A stretch of DNA of 64,000 bases from Calditrichia bacterium (GTDB taxonomy: Bacteria > Calditrichota > Calditrichia > JAJRVZ01). Location of the stretch: NCBI GenBank assembly GCA_963777955.1, contig CAVZSQ010000019.1, positions 64,001 through 128,000 of the forward strand, read 5' to 3'. Numbering within the stretch: the first letter of the stretch is position 1; each line of letters starts with the position of its first letter. Shown piece after piece: positions 41,510-51,854 of this stretch. The notes below the pieces were generated by a model. It saw only the letters and a list, made by a program, of their open reading frames with translations. It had not been told where the DNA came from and did no database searches. Position numbers and translations under genes: made by a program.

Positions 41510-42475
41510 ATGTATACACTGATCATAAGTATTTTTATTGTCCTGATCACCTCCTTCTTCTGTTCTATGACCGAAGCAATATTGTTAAGTTTAAATCCCC
41601 TGACGATCAATAAACTTAAAAAGAGGCAACCTCATGCTGCCGAAGCCTGGACGCGCATGAAAAGCAATATCGGCCGGCCGATCGCCGCCATTTTAATACT
41701 GAATACAATTGCCAATACCGGCGGGGCCTCGGTTGCCGGCGGTGCTTTCACCGAAATTTTCGGTAAAAATTCGCTATGGATTTTTTCCCTTTCGATCACC
41801 CTGACTATTTTACTGGGTACTGAAATTCTGCCGAAAATTATCGGCGTCACTTTCCGCGACAGGCTGGCCCCCCTGGTGGCTAAACCCCTGGAAACGATCA
41901 CCGGGATCTTGCGACCGATAATTTATATAATAGAAACCATGTTTCGGCGGCTCAGCCGCGATCGCGAAAGCGAACAAATAACCACTGCCGATATCATTAC
42001 CCTGGCTTCGATGGCCCGGCTGGGCAGGGTGATCGGTCTGGAACAGGAAAACATCATCATCAATGCCATACGTTTAAATCATACCACGGTCGACCGGGTG
42101 ATGATCCCCGCGGACAAGGTCAATTTTCTCCACCGCCACGATAATATTGACACTATCCTGGACCAGGCCATGAAAACCAGCCGCACCCGCTATCCTATAA
42201 CCTCAACCGATAAAAATTCAGATATCGATCACTTCATCAATATCAAAGGTTTATTACCGCTGATCAAGGGAGATTTAGCCAAACCGGAACTACTGCACCG
42301 GCCCCTGCTGAATGTCTTTGCCAATGATACCTTGTTAAGCGCCTTGCGAACCATGCTGGCCAACCGCCAGCACATGCTGGCCGTGGTTGGGAAAAACCGT
42401 AAATCTGTAGGAATCATAACCCTGGAGGATATCACCGCCGAATTGTTGGGTGCGGATATTGAAGAATTTAAATAG
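41510..42475 (+). CDS. CNNM (DUF21) + CBS domain protein (CorC/hemolysin-like)
   Basis: 'SFFCSMTEAILLS', 'ILILNTIANT', 'GTEILPKIIG', 'RTRYP', 'GIITLEDI'. Confidence 0.9.
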   Translation: MYTLIISIFIVLITSFFCSMTEAILLSLNPLTINKLKKRQPHAAEAWTRMKSNIGRPIAAILILNTIANTGGASVAGGAFTEIFGKNSLWIFSLSITLTILLGTEILPKIIGVTFRDRLAPLVAKPLETITGILRPIIYIIETMFRRLSRDRESEQITTADIITLASMARLGRVIGLEQENIIINAIRLNHTTVDRVMIPADKVNFLHRHDNIDTILDQAMKTSRTRYPITSTDKNSDIDHFINIKGLLPLIKGDLAKPELLHRPLLNVFANDTLLSALRTMLANRQHMLAVVGKNRKSVGIITLEDITAELLGADIEEFK

Positions 42476-42479
42476 AATT

Positions 42480-43695
42480 CTAAAACGATGCTGTTATGAT
42501 GGCCCGGGCGGCGAAATCATCCGGATCAGGATCCAAATTCTTAATCTGTTGATCCATATAACTTAACTTAAACAGGATATTCCTGCTGATTTTGTAACCA
42601 ATTGCCACACTGTAGCGCGTGACATTGTGATCCCATGGATTCATAAGTACTACCGGGCTGGCGGGCGGATGGCCGAATTTTTCGAAATTTAAAATATCAT
42701 AACTGACCGCCAGATAACTGCCGGTAATAAAAGGTGGCTCATATTTAAGATCAAGATAAGCACCATAGTTTTTCAATTCAAATTCGGCCAGATTTCCGGA
42801 TGATTCCAGCACATACTGCAGCTGAGTATAGGCAGGTACATTCCAGATGGAATAAGCAATTTCGCCGGATAATTCGAAATACGAATAGCCAATGACCAGG
42901 TCGGTACCAAATATCTTTTGATTAAACCTCTCCAGATTACTCCAACCTTGATTGTAAAGACTTTTCTGCATGAAACTACCGTATCCTGCTGAAATGCCCT
43001 GCTGCCAGAAGATCAGCGGTTGAAAACTGAACCTGCCGACCAGTCCAAAATTAGCCAGATTGGTATATTCGGCAGGCGAAGCCAAAGCCCCGTTGGTCAT
43101 TGCTATATCCAGGTTCATGATGTCCGGAATCAGGGACAGGCTGATCATACCGCCTGTACTATATCCTCCTAAATAAACCGTTGTTATACCCACATCGTCC
43201 GTACCATAGACACCCGTATTCCCTGCCAGGGGCCACAGACCGTGGGTTTCGGAAATGTTGATAAAATATCCGTACAGCAGAGGTGCCTGGCCAAAAAGAT
43301 TATCTGCAGCCAGTTGCCGGCGCGGATAAAGCCCGAACGGCATCATAAACCTGCCAATACTGAACGAGAAAGGTGAATTTGCAGCGGACCAATTAAGGAA
43401 GGCCAGGCTCAACCGCGTTTTGCCCAGCAGGCCGCTACCCCAGGTGTCCCATTGCAGACGGGCATTAAAGGAAAATTGCTGATCAATCTGTGCGAAAGCG
43501 AATATATTAAACTGAGCAATGGCCAAGTGCGCATTGCGAAAATCAGCAGCTAATTCATTGCCGACAAAACGTGAATCACGGCCTCCCTGAGCCACTTCGA
43601 AATCAACACTTCCGTTCCAGAGCAGTCTGAGCTTGCGTTACACCGGAAATTACCAGCATCATCATTACGGCCGAAATTATTATTTTAATTTTCAC
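42480..43695 (-). CDS. Outer-membrane beta-barrel/porin-like protein; +1 frameshift at ~43626
   Basis: GTG at 43695, overlapping the cyclase end, gives the signal peptide MKIKIIISAVMMMLVISGVTQAQ. It joins ORF 42480-43595, with 'IGRFMMPFG' and C-terminal 'IITASF'. Confidence 0.8.
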
Positions 43696-45382
43696 AGAAC
43701 ACCTCGACAACTTGAATTTTATCGGTAAATCCTTTAAAAGACATACTCTGCATATTGCAGATCTTATATTCTTTGTTTACCGTCTGCAATACCTGCTGTG
43801 GAATTAAAATTTGCCCGGGCCCTGCCGAGGCGCATAGACGCGCCCCCAGATTGACCGCTGATCCGATGACGGTATAATCCATTCTCTCTTTGGCGCCCAT
43901 GTTACCCAGAATCATGGATCCATAATTAATACCAATGCCGATTTGAATGGATTCGGTACTCTTTTCTTTATCCCGGAGCATTAGTCTTTGAATGGCCACG
44001 GCGCATTCCAATGCATTTTCCACAGAATTATTTCCGCCAAATAAAGCGACCATTTCATCACCGACAAATTTATCGACCGATCCTCCGTAAAGCGCAACTG
44101 TCTCTGCCTGCAAACCAAGGTAAGTATTCAACATTGATATGACTTCCTCCGGTGAACGATTTTCACTGTAGGAAGTGAATCCACGGATATCGGAGAATAA
44201 AACTGTAAGATTTCTTCTATCCCCGCCCAGAGCCACCTCGGAATTTGAAACATTTTTTATCATATCGATTGTATGGGAGCCGACATAGCGCATCAGGTGC
44301 AGGCGTTCACGCAAACCTACGATCATTTCATTGAAGGTCTGGGTCAATAATCCGATCTCATCCCTGGTACTTGCTTTTAAATTTACCTGCAGATCTCCCT
44401 GTTTGATCTTATTCATAGATTCCACCAGTTTCAGAATGGGACGGGAGAATGTTCTCCCTAACAGCAAAGCCAATATGATAGTCACCAATACTCCCACTCC
44501 CGCGGTACGCAGGATATTTGTCCGCACGGTATCCAGAATACGCAATTCGACGGCCTTGGGCACGGTTGCCAGATAAAATGCGGGCTCCCCTTTACCCAGC
44601 GGACTGATGAAAGCGTATGTATCCTGGCCGTTAAATTCCATGGTAAAGGCTGGACTCGACTCCTGACTATTCACCACGGCATCAACCAGCGGTTGTTTCT
44701 CCCTGACGAAATCCTGAAAAACCAGCCGCTGTGAAATATCCAGGGTATCGGTCAGCGTGGTGCCGATAATCCAGTCCTTATAAAACAAAGTTATATCAAC
44801 CTTCGACTCCCCTTTCAATTGCTCAGCTTCGTATTTAGTGATCATGGTTCCGAGCGAGATTGTACCGATCAGACGATCACTATAGTAGAGCGGAATCGTG
44901 GCCACCTGGAACAGATTACCATCCATTGCCCATAGTTCACCCCAGGTTGTCTCAACATCCGGTTCAATTCCACTCAAGGCCCGGGCGATGCTAGGGCGAA
45001 AAGACAGATCCTCTCCAGATTTATCCGGTTCACCAAACCGGGCCAGAACATGACCTTTCTTATCGGTAACGATAAATAGATCTACATTGGCAAAACCGGA
45101 AAATTCCTGGACACTGAAATACACAGTACCGGGATCCTGTAATTCGACATTAGCTTTGAAAGTCGAATTTTCACCGATCAGATAACTTGATTCTACCAAA
45201 CGATCATAGATAAGACTCTGCTGCCGGGAGAAAAAGGTCTTGGTTTTATTAAAATCTTCAATGACCTTTTGTTCTATTTGTATGGAAAAAGTCCTGTTAA
45301 TGACCAGTAAAACCCCTAAAACTATTACGGCCGTCAATCCGGCCAACAGGATGAATAATTTGGTTCGAATATTGATTCGCAT
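43685..45382 (-). CDS. Membrane-bound class III adenylate cyclase with periplasmic Cache-like domain and HAMP
   Basis: Two TM helices, HAMP 'RDEIGLLTQTFNEM', cyclase motifs 'FSDIRGFT', 'DKFVGDE', 'MDYTVIGSAVNLGARLC'. Confidence 0.92.
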   Translation of the reverse strand: MRINIRTKLFILLAGLTAVIVLGVLLVINRTFSIQIEQKVIEDFNKTKTFFSRQQSLIYDRLVESSYLIGENSTFKANVELQDPGTVYFSVQEFSGFANVDLFIVTDKKGHVLARFGEPDKSGEDLSFRPSIARALSGIEPDVETTWGELWAMDGNLFQVATIPLYYSDRLIGTISLGTMITKYEAEQLKGESKVDITLFYKDWIIGTTLTDTLDISQRLVFQDFVREKQPLVDAVVNSQESSPAFTMEFNGQDTYAFISPLGKGEPAFYLATVPKAVELRILDTVRTNILRTAGVGVLVTIILALLLGRTFSRPILKLVESMNKIKQGDLQVNLKASTRDEIGLLTQTFNEMIVGLRERLHLMRYVGSHTIDMIKNVSNSEVALGGDRRNLTVLFSDIRGFTSYSENRSPEEVISMLNTYLGLQAETVALYGGSVDKFVGDEMVALFGGNNSVENALECAVAIQRLMLRDKEKSTESIQIGIGINYGSMILGNMGAKERMDYTVIGSAVNLGARLCASAGPGQILIPQQVLQTVNKEYKICNMQSMSFKGFTDKIQVVEVFCEN

Positions 45383-45385
45383 ATT

Positions 45386-46087
45386 TTACCTGCTCAGTAT
45401 AAAATCTTTCAGTGTGGTTTCTCCCGTCTTAATAATTACCACCTCGCTAATTTCCTGAAAATCGGGGTGGTAAACTCTGATGGTGTAAGTGCCGGCCGGT
45501 AAATTTCCCAGTTTGTACTCACCATTCGGTTCAACCCGGGTAAAATAGGGTGTATCCAGCGATAGAATTACAGCATTCATCTGCGCATGGATATCGCAGA
45601 ATATTTTAATTTCACCCAGTTTGGTTACCTTCTGACTTACCACGACATTAGTCGCCCGGCGTCCAATGTTGAAAGTCGCCCCCCGGGTGATACTGAAGAC
45701 ATTATGAAAAAATTTATCCTTGTTGATAAATTGAATCACCGTTCCGGGGGTCACCGGCACGACTCGGGGAATAAAAGATGCATCTTTTTGCAGGATTTTA
45801 ACATCCGCTAACGGTTCTAGCGCCGGTTTGAAATTCCGGGGATAGGCACTTATAATGACATCAATAAAATCTGATTTCAGAATTTCGCTGCTGCCGGTAA
45901 TTGTTTTAGTGCTGATCCTACGGTTACGGTACAGGTTTCCCCTGAACATGCGGATTTCTTTCTGCACTGCCGGCATACTAATCGTTCCGGATATTTCACC
46001 ATTCTGCGCTGCAGCCTTACCACCGATTATTAATAAACATATAAAAATGAAGTGTAAAATTGAATTCTTCTGCTTTTTATTTACCAT
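45386..46087 (-). CDS. Periplasmic cupredoxin (plastocyanin-like) domain inserted in a carboxypeptidase-regulatory-like beta-sandwich
   Basis: 'QKDASFIPRV..VTPGTVIQFIN.D...HNVFS' and 'IFCDIHAQM' provide His/Cys/His/Met ligands; C-terminal 'GNLPAGTYTIRVYHP'. Confidence 0.85.
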   Translation of the reverse strand: MVNKKQKNSILHFIFICLLIIGGKAAAQNGEISGTISMPAVQKEIRMFRGNLYRNRRISTKTITGSSEILKSDFIDVIISAYPRNFKPALEPLADVKILQKDASFIPRVVPVTPGTVIQFINKDKFFHNVFSITRGATFNIGRRATNVVVSQKVTKLGEIKIFCDIHAQMNAVILSLDTPYFTRVEPNGEYKLGNLPAGTYTIRVYHPDFQEISEVVIIKTGETTLKDFILSR

Positions 46088-46477
46088 ATTTTCCAGATCC
46101 TTTATTATCCAATTTTTCAGCAAGAATTCCACTGCTTCCAGGTGCATAACTTTCAAATTTCTCAAATTCCCAGATTTTACGATTCTCTCTTATCAGGATG
46201 GAAATAAATTAGTTCCTACATCACCACTATAAAGACAAAACTGTCTTAATATATTTCCGGTTGGGCAAATAATTTTTAAATTTAAACATACAGCTCATGA
46301 CCAGTCCGGAACGATGAGCAGAGAAAAAAAAATGAATTTCGCCTTGAAAATGAATCATATATTTATCATATTTTAGATAAGAAAAGCATTTTCTTCCCAA
46401 CCTTTACGAGACGTAGAATATCTTTAATGTGTACAATTGCCTGAAAGAGAGTGTTACTTAACATTTAAAGGGGAGGT

Positions 46478-48640
46478 ATGCTAATGCTTTATCATGACAT
46501 CAAATTGGATGATTTCGAATTTTTTTATCTGGTCGAATTGACCCGGCAGAAAATAAAACCGTTAAGCCGCTGGGAAAAACCACTGGCTAAAGAAACACAA
46601 CGCTGGCTGCAGCGTCAGGGCCTTTACGTGGCAAGCATTCCCCGTAAGACCTTATCCGGAAAGCGGATCGTCGAAACCGTATTCAGTACTTCTCAACGCT
46701 ATACCGATTTCTATCAGCACAAATTTCACAATGAACTCATCAATAAAAATCCGCAATTTCAATCCCTGGAAGGATTTTTATTCGGTTATCCATCCTGTTG
46801 TGTACAACAGTATATCCGCCGGCCTTACCTGTCGAATAACTTGAGCCATAAACGGCAAGCGGTACTGTTTCACTGGGCCTGTCCGGATTGCCGGGTGACA
46901 CCTGAATTGATTCCCTATTATCAGCCGATTCATGACCGCATCAGCGAATGGCATCGGCACACCTTCCCGCTGAAAAAACCTGATTTTATCCACCATAGAA
47001 TATTTCAAAAGGCGGCTGCCACGTTATTACTAACAACCGGCTTATTATCGGCTCAAACCGGCATTGACAGCACCCATTATATTCCGCTGGCCGGGCCGGA
47101 GGACCACAATGGACTTTATTACGCCGAGGAAGTCTATCTGGGTACTGATCTGCAGAGTTACAGTCTCGATAAATGCCAGGCCTATGCCAGATTTTTTAAA
47201 TCAATCATCGATACATTACTTTCCATTTCATTGCCGGCAGATACACTGCCCACTGATCGAACCTATAAAATAGATCACTATCTCAGAGGACTGGTTCAAT
47301 GTCCAAAATGTGGCCAGGATGTAAATATGGGTTATGTTTCCCTGATAAATCCTTTGCGCAACCTGCAACTGGATATTCCTTACCTGGGCATGCACTTCAT
47401 GGAATATGGATTCTTTACTTATGACACGATCGATGCTGCCCAGCGCGTGGATATCGATACATTGAAGAAAATATTGTACCCCTATGATCCCAAACACATG
47501 CTGCCGTTTAAAGGTGACAGCGACGGCGACGGATTAAGCGATGCCGAGGAGGACAGTCTGTGGCTGGATGGAAGCGTCGCCGCCGGCATTGCGGATATGG
47601 ACGGCGATGGTGTAATCGATGGTGCGCAAATTGCAGAAGAACTTACCCGCTTATTTCCAAAATTAAAACAGGAAACTGATCTTCTCCACAGTCATATTGA
47701 ATTTATGCCGGTGTGGGGATTGGAAAATTGCCAGGTCTGCGGTGAGATTCATAACATGGGACATATCAAAATAAGCAATCCCGAGAATAACCGGAGTTGC
47801 GAAATACCTTTTTTAAGCCTGCATGCCCTGGCTCACGGCAGTTTTGCCTATAACGGAACCGTACACCAGGATCAGCGCAGCGATGCCGTTGAACTGTACC
47901 GGGTGATGAAAACCCATGCCGTGATCATCAGCGCAGACAAGGACAACGATGGCTTGAAGGATGTTGAAGAAGAGTATTTTGGTTTTGATGCCGGCCAGGC
48001 CGATTCAGATCAGGACGGCATAGCCGACGGCATGGAATTGGCATTGGTGCTGGCCGACAGCATTAAAGCGCTGCCCAGCGAACCCCGCACCACAGCACCA
48101 TATATAGAGTATGTGGACATGGACGGGTTACAACTTTGTTCGGTATGCGGGGAGAGGATCCCCATGGGAGTAATGAGAATATTCAATCCCCTGATCAATA
48201 CGATTGAACCTTTCGAAATCAGCTATTATGCTTTTCATTTTATCTTGAAAGGAAGTTTTGCCTGTGAAGGGGCTTCAAACAAAAGGACCGATCCGGTAAA
48301 ATTAGCCCAGTACCTGGATTATCCCACCGGTATGGATTCCGATAAAACTCAAACCGTACCGGGTAATTTTGAGTTGCAGCAGAATTATCCCAATCCTTTC
48401 AATCCCGAAACAGTCATTGCTTATAATTTGACCAGCCAGACCGACGTAACGCTGAGAGTCTATGATCTCCGCGGGAAAGAAGTAAAAACGCTGGTCAAGG
48501 GAATACAGGGACCTGGAGTTAATTCGGTGATTTGGAACGGCACTGATAACTATAATCAGTCCGTTAGTTCGGGAATCTATATTTATCAATTATCAGCAGG
48601 CCATCAACAGCAAAGCCGGAAAATGTTGTTTTTAAGATGA
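46478..48640 (+). CDS. Secreted multidomain protein: DUF483-like Cys-rich N-terminal domain, internal signal-like segment, three CxxC...H repeats with DxDxDG motifs, C-terminal sorting domain
   Basis: GGGAGG RBS; 'EGFLFGYPSCCV...HWACPDC'; 'KAAATLLLTTGLLSAQ'; CPKCG, CQVCG and CSVCG repeats; 'QNYPNPFNP...KMLFLR'. Confidence 0.8.
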   Translation: MLMLYHDIKLDDFEFFYLVELTRQKIKPLSRWEKPLAKETQRWLQRQGLYVASIPRKTLSGKRIVETVFSTSQRYTDFYQHKFHNELINKNPQFQSLEGFLFGYPSCCVQQYIRRPYLSNNLSHKRQAVLFHWACPDCRVTPELIPYYQPIHDRISEWHRHTFPLKKPDFIHHRIFQKAAATLLLTTGLLSAQTGIDSTHYIPLAGPEDHNGLYYAEEVYLGTDLQSYSLDKCQAYARFFKSIIDTLLSISLPADTLPTDRTYKIDHYLRGLVQCPKCGQDVNMGYVSLINPLRNLQLDIPYLGMHFMEYGFFTYDTIDAAQRVDIDTLKKILYPYDPKHMLPFKGDSDGDGLSDAEEDSLWLDGSVAAGIADMDGDGVIDGAQIAEELTRLFPKLKQETDLLHSHIEFMPVWGLENCQVCGEIHNMGHIKISNPENNRSCEIPFLSLHALAHGSFAYNGTVHQDQRSDAVELYRVMKTHAVIISADKDNDGLKDVEEEYFGFDAGQADSDQDGIADGMELALVLADSIKALPSEPRTTAPYIEYVDMDGLQLCSVCGERIPMGVMRIFNPLINTIEPFEISYYAFHFILKGSFACEGASNKRTDPVKLAQYLDYPTGMDSDKTQTVPGNFELQQNYPNPFNPETVIAYNLTSQTDVTLRVYDLRGKEVKTLVKGIQGPGVNSVIWNGTDNYNQSVSSGIYIYQLSAGHQQQSRKMLFLR

Positions 48641-48645
48641 CAGCT

Positions 48646-49800
48646 CTATAGTTTTGAGACCCCGCGGACAATATCACAAACATAAGTATCGATTCGTTTT
48701 GACGTCTTACGGTTATACTGTTCCTGAATTTTTTTAATAAAAGAGTCTACTCTCTTATTTTGTACCAGGTTGATGGTACAACCGCCGAATCCGGCACCCA
48801 TCATGCGTGCCCCCATTACGCCCGGCAGTCTGGAGGCCAGTTCGACCAGTACATCCAGTTCAGGACAACTTACTTCGTAGTCATCCCGCAAACCGGCATG
48901 GGATTCAAACATACGCTGTCCGAAACTTTTAATATCTCCCGTTTCCAGATCAGCGCAACCCTGCAGTACTCTGAAATTTTCACCGATGACATAGGCACAG
49001 CGTTTATAAACAATCCCGGGCAAACCACGGTTATTTTCATCCAGAAAATTCATACTGACATCACGAAGATTTTGAATGCTGCTATCTATCTTGCGTAGAT
49101 GGCGAACTCCCTGTTCGCATTGCCTGCGGCGCAGATTATACTGGGAAGAAGCCAAAGCCCGGTGCACATGGGTGTCGCAGAGGACCACTTTAGTCTGATC
49201 GGCCGGGAAAGGAAATTCCACATAAGAGAGATAACGGCAATCGATGCGGAAAACTTTGGCTGCTTTGCCAAGTACATTGATGAATTGATCCATAATACCG
49301 CATTTGACACCTACGAACTCATGTTCGGTAGCCTGGCCAATCCGCACAAGTTCAACTTTTTCCACGTCAAGTTCATACAATTCATTCAGGGCAAATCCGA
49401 TTGCTCCCTCCAGGGCAGCCGAAGACGACAGGCCGGAACCGATCGGTATATTCCCGCCGAAAACACAATCAAAACCGGAAATCTTTTTTCCCCGCTTGAT
49501 CAGTTGTGCGGCAACTCCCAGCAAATAATTCGGCCAGCCTTTGGACGAGCGGCGCAGGTTGCGCAAATCACCTTTAAAACTTTGCCGCAGATCATAGGCA
49601 TAGATCCGGCATAAACTATCCCGGCGTCTGGCAATAGCCATTACGATCTCGCGATTGATCGCTCCCGGCAGTACAAACCCGTCATTGTAATCTGTATGTT
49701 CCCCGATAAGATTAATCCGCCCCGGAGAGCGGACCAATAAAGGAGCGGCTGCAAACTGATTTTTAAATTCGTTCCTGATCTGAGCGGCAAAAGGATGCAT
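48646..49800 (-). CDS. galK: Galactokinase
   Basis: SPGRINLIGEHTDYNDG, PIGSGLSSSAA, CGIMDQ, GARMMGAGFGG. Confidence 0.97.
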   Translation of the reverse strand: MHPFAAQIRNEFKNQFAAAPLLVRSPGRINLIGEHTDYNDGFVLPGAINREIVMAIARRRDSLCRIYAYDLRQSFKGDLRNLRRSSKGWPNYLLGVAAQLIKRGKKISGFDCVFGGNIPIGSGLSSSAALEGAIGFALNELYELDVEKVELVRIGQATEHEFVGVKCGIMDQFINVLGKAAKVFRIDCRYLSYVEFPFPADQTKVVLCDTHVHRALASSQYNLRRRQCEQGVRHLRKIDSSIQNLRDVSMNFLDENNRGLPGIVYKRCAYVIGENFRVLQGCADLETGDIKSFGQRMFESHAGLRDDYEVSCPELDVLVELASRLPGVMGARMMGAGFGGCTINLVQNKRVDSFIKKIQEQYNRKTSKRIDTYVCDIVRGVSKL

Positions 49801-49814
49801 GGACGGTCCTATTT

Positions 49815-50036
49815 TCAGGAGATTGTTCGTTTCCTACTGCTGAGAAAAAAGATTACACCTACCACCAGCATGATCAAGCCCCACCACAGGGATGTATGCA
49901 GCTCGGCTAATACCGTGATACGGGCGGGAGGAGAGATCATATCCACAACACCGGCGATCAGCACCAATCCACCCATGGTGATTAAAACGAGTCCCACAAA
50001 ATACCAGATCGATTTCATCTCTTTTTGACCGGACAT
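49815..50036 (-). CDS. Small two-TM membrane protein adjacent to the SSS transporter
   Basis: GGGAGG RBS, 73 aa, 'SIWYFVGLVL...LHTSLWWGLIMLVVG'. Confidence 0.75.
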   Translation of the reverse strand: MSGQKEMKSIWYFVGLVLITMGGLVLIAGVVDMISPPARITVLAELHTSLWWGLIMLVVGVIFFLSSRKRTIS

Positions 50037-50051
50037 GGCACACCTCCCTTT

Positions 50052-51716
50052 CTACCAGAAATATATATTTAATAAAATAAAAATAATCAGTGAGACAACC
50101 GCATAAAATCCGGGCTTCTTGATAAATGAAAGCGTTCGCTCTTCCGACAGTTTATCGGTTAAATCGATTACCAGATCTTTTAATTCAGCGTCTGGTTTGC
50201 GTTTGGTGTGCAAACTGATCATGATGGTCGCGGCGAAGCAAATCAGCCAGGCCCACCAGGCCCGCCAGAAGTTTGCTGCCATATCGCTGCTGGTGGTTGA
50301 CAGGGTGATCAGATTCATAGTGATCCATTCATACTTCACGGCAAAAAACAGGACCACTGAAGAGCCCATACCGGCCAGCAATCCCCAGAAGGCACCGGCG
50401 GGTGTAATCCAGCGTACAAACATACCCAGGATCATGGTAGCGAACAACGGTGCATTCACCCAGGAAAAAATGGCCTGCATATAATCCATAATACTGGGAA
50501 AACTTTTAGCCCAATAAGCAGTGACGATACTTAATAAAACCCCTACTATCGTTGCTACACGACCCATCCAGACCAAATGTTCATCGGTAGCGTTTTTATT
50601 CAAAACAGATTTATAAATATCATAGGTCCATACCGTATTAAAGGCACTGATGTTACCGGCCTGACCGGCCATAAATCCGGCCAGTAATGCGGTGACACCC
50701 AGTCCGATCAGCCCGCTGGGATAATAACGTGCGATTAACAGGGGTAAGGCTGAATCGTAGTTAATCCGCCCTTCTTCCTGCAGCAAGGCATAATTAGCCT
50801 GAGGATCCGTGGAAAGACCGAGGGCAATCAGACCACCAATGATCACGATAAAAGGCATGGCCATTTTGAAGAATGAGGCAATTATGGGGGTCATACGCGC
50901 TGCCCGCAGATCTTTAGCTGAGAAGGCCCGCTGGACCACCAGAAAATCGGTTGTCCAGTAACCGAAAGATAATACAAAACCCAGCCCCAAAGCGATGCCG
51001 GCCCAGGTAATAAGCATGCCGTTTTCGGAAGGATCTATCGAGGTAGACCACAGTGCTGAAAACGATTCGGGAACCCGGCTGAATATTTCATTCAGACTCC
51101 CGATCTCGATAATACCGAAAATGGAAACCAGGAATAAACCAAACCAGATCAGAAAGAACTGGATGATTTCGGTAAATATAGCCGACATCAATCCGCTCAA
51201 AGTGACATAGATGGCCACGGTCGCTGCCGAAGCCAACATGCAGACATTCCAATCCCAGCCTAAAAATGTACGCATCACCAGGGCCATGGCATACAGGTTT
51301 ATGCCGGATACCAGCAAGGTCATGATCGCAAAAGCAAAAGCATTGAGTACCCGTGTTTTCTCGTCGAAGCGCAATTTAAGATATCCGGGAATGGATTTGA
51401 TTTTGCTGCTGTAGTAAAACGGCATCATATAGATGGCCAGGAACAACATGGCCGGAACGGCTCCGATCCAGTAAAAATGGGCCACGTACATGCCATACTT
51501 GAAAGTATTGCCGGTCATACCCAGTAATTCCAGGGCACCCAGGTTGGCTGAAAGAAAAGCCAGACCGGCCACCCAGGAACTGTTCTTTCTTCCGGCCAGG
51601 AAAAAATCATCACCGCTGGTGGTAAAACGTCTTAAATAAAAACCAATACCCAATACAAAGGCAAAGTACACTGCAATGATAATCCAGTCGATAAATCCCA
51701 AACTAATCATCTGCAT
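50052..51716 (-). CDS. Sodium:solute symporter (SSS/SLC5), probable sugar transporter
   Basis: 'DFFLAGR', 'SANLGALE', 'YLKLRF', 'WTTDFLVVQRAFSA', with ~14 TM helices. Confidence 0.93.
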   Translation of the reverse strand: MQMISLGFIDWIIIAVYFAFVLGIGFYLRRFTTSGDDFFLAGRKNSSWVAGLAFLSANLGALELLGMTGNTFKYGMYVAHFYWIGAVPAMLFLAIYMMPFYYSSKIKSIPGYLKLRFDEKTRVLNAFAFAIMTLLVSGINLYAMALVMRTFLGWDWNVCMLASAATVAIYVTLSGLMSAIFTEIIQFFLIWFGLFLVSIFGIIEIGSLNEIFSRVPESFSALWSTSIDPSENGMLITWAGIALGLGFVLSFGYWTTDFLVVQRAFSAKDLRAARMTPIIASFFKMAMPFIVIIGGLIALGLSTDPQANYALLQEEGRINYDSALPLLIARYYPSGLIGLGVTALLAGFMAGQAGNISAFNTVWTYDIYKSVLNKNATDEHLVWMGRVATIVGVLLSIVTAYWAKSFPSIMDYMQAIFSWVNAPLFATMILGMFVRWITPAGAFWGLLAGMGSSVVLFFAVKYEWITMNLITLSTTSSDMAANFWRAWWAWLICFAATIMISLHTKRKPDAELKDLVIDLTDKLSEERTLSFIKKPGFYAVVSLIIFILLNIYFW

Positions 51717-51854
51717 AAAGACCTTCTCCTCCCCTGGTATGCGTATCAGCACCAGAACATTATAATTTATGATATTTATTTACCTGAACCTATCCCTACC
51801 TGCCTGTTTAAATTCCAGCTGCTGTGCTTAATACTTCCGCTAGATCATTTTTTG

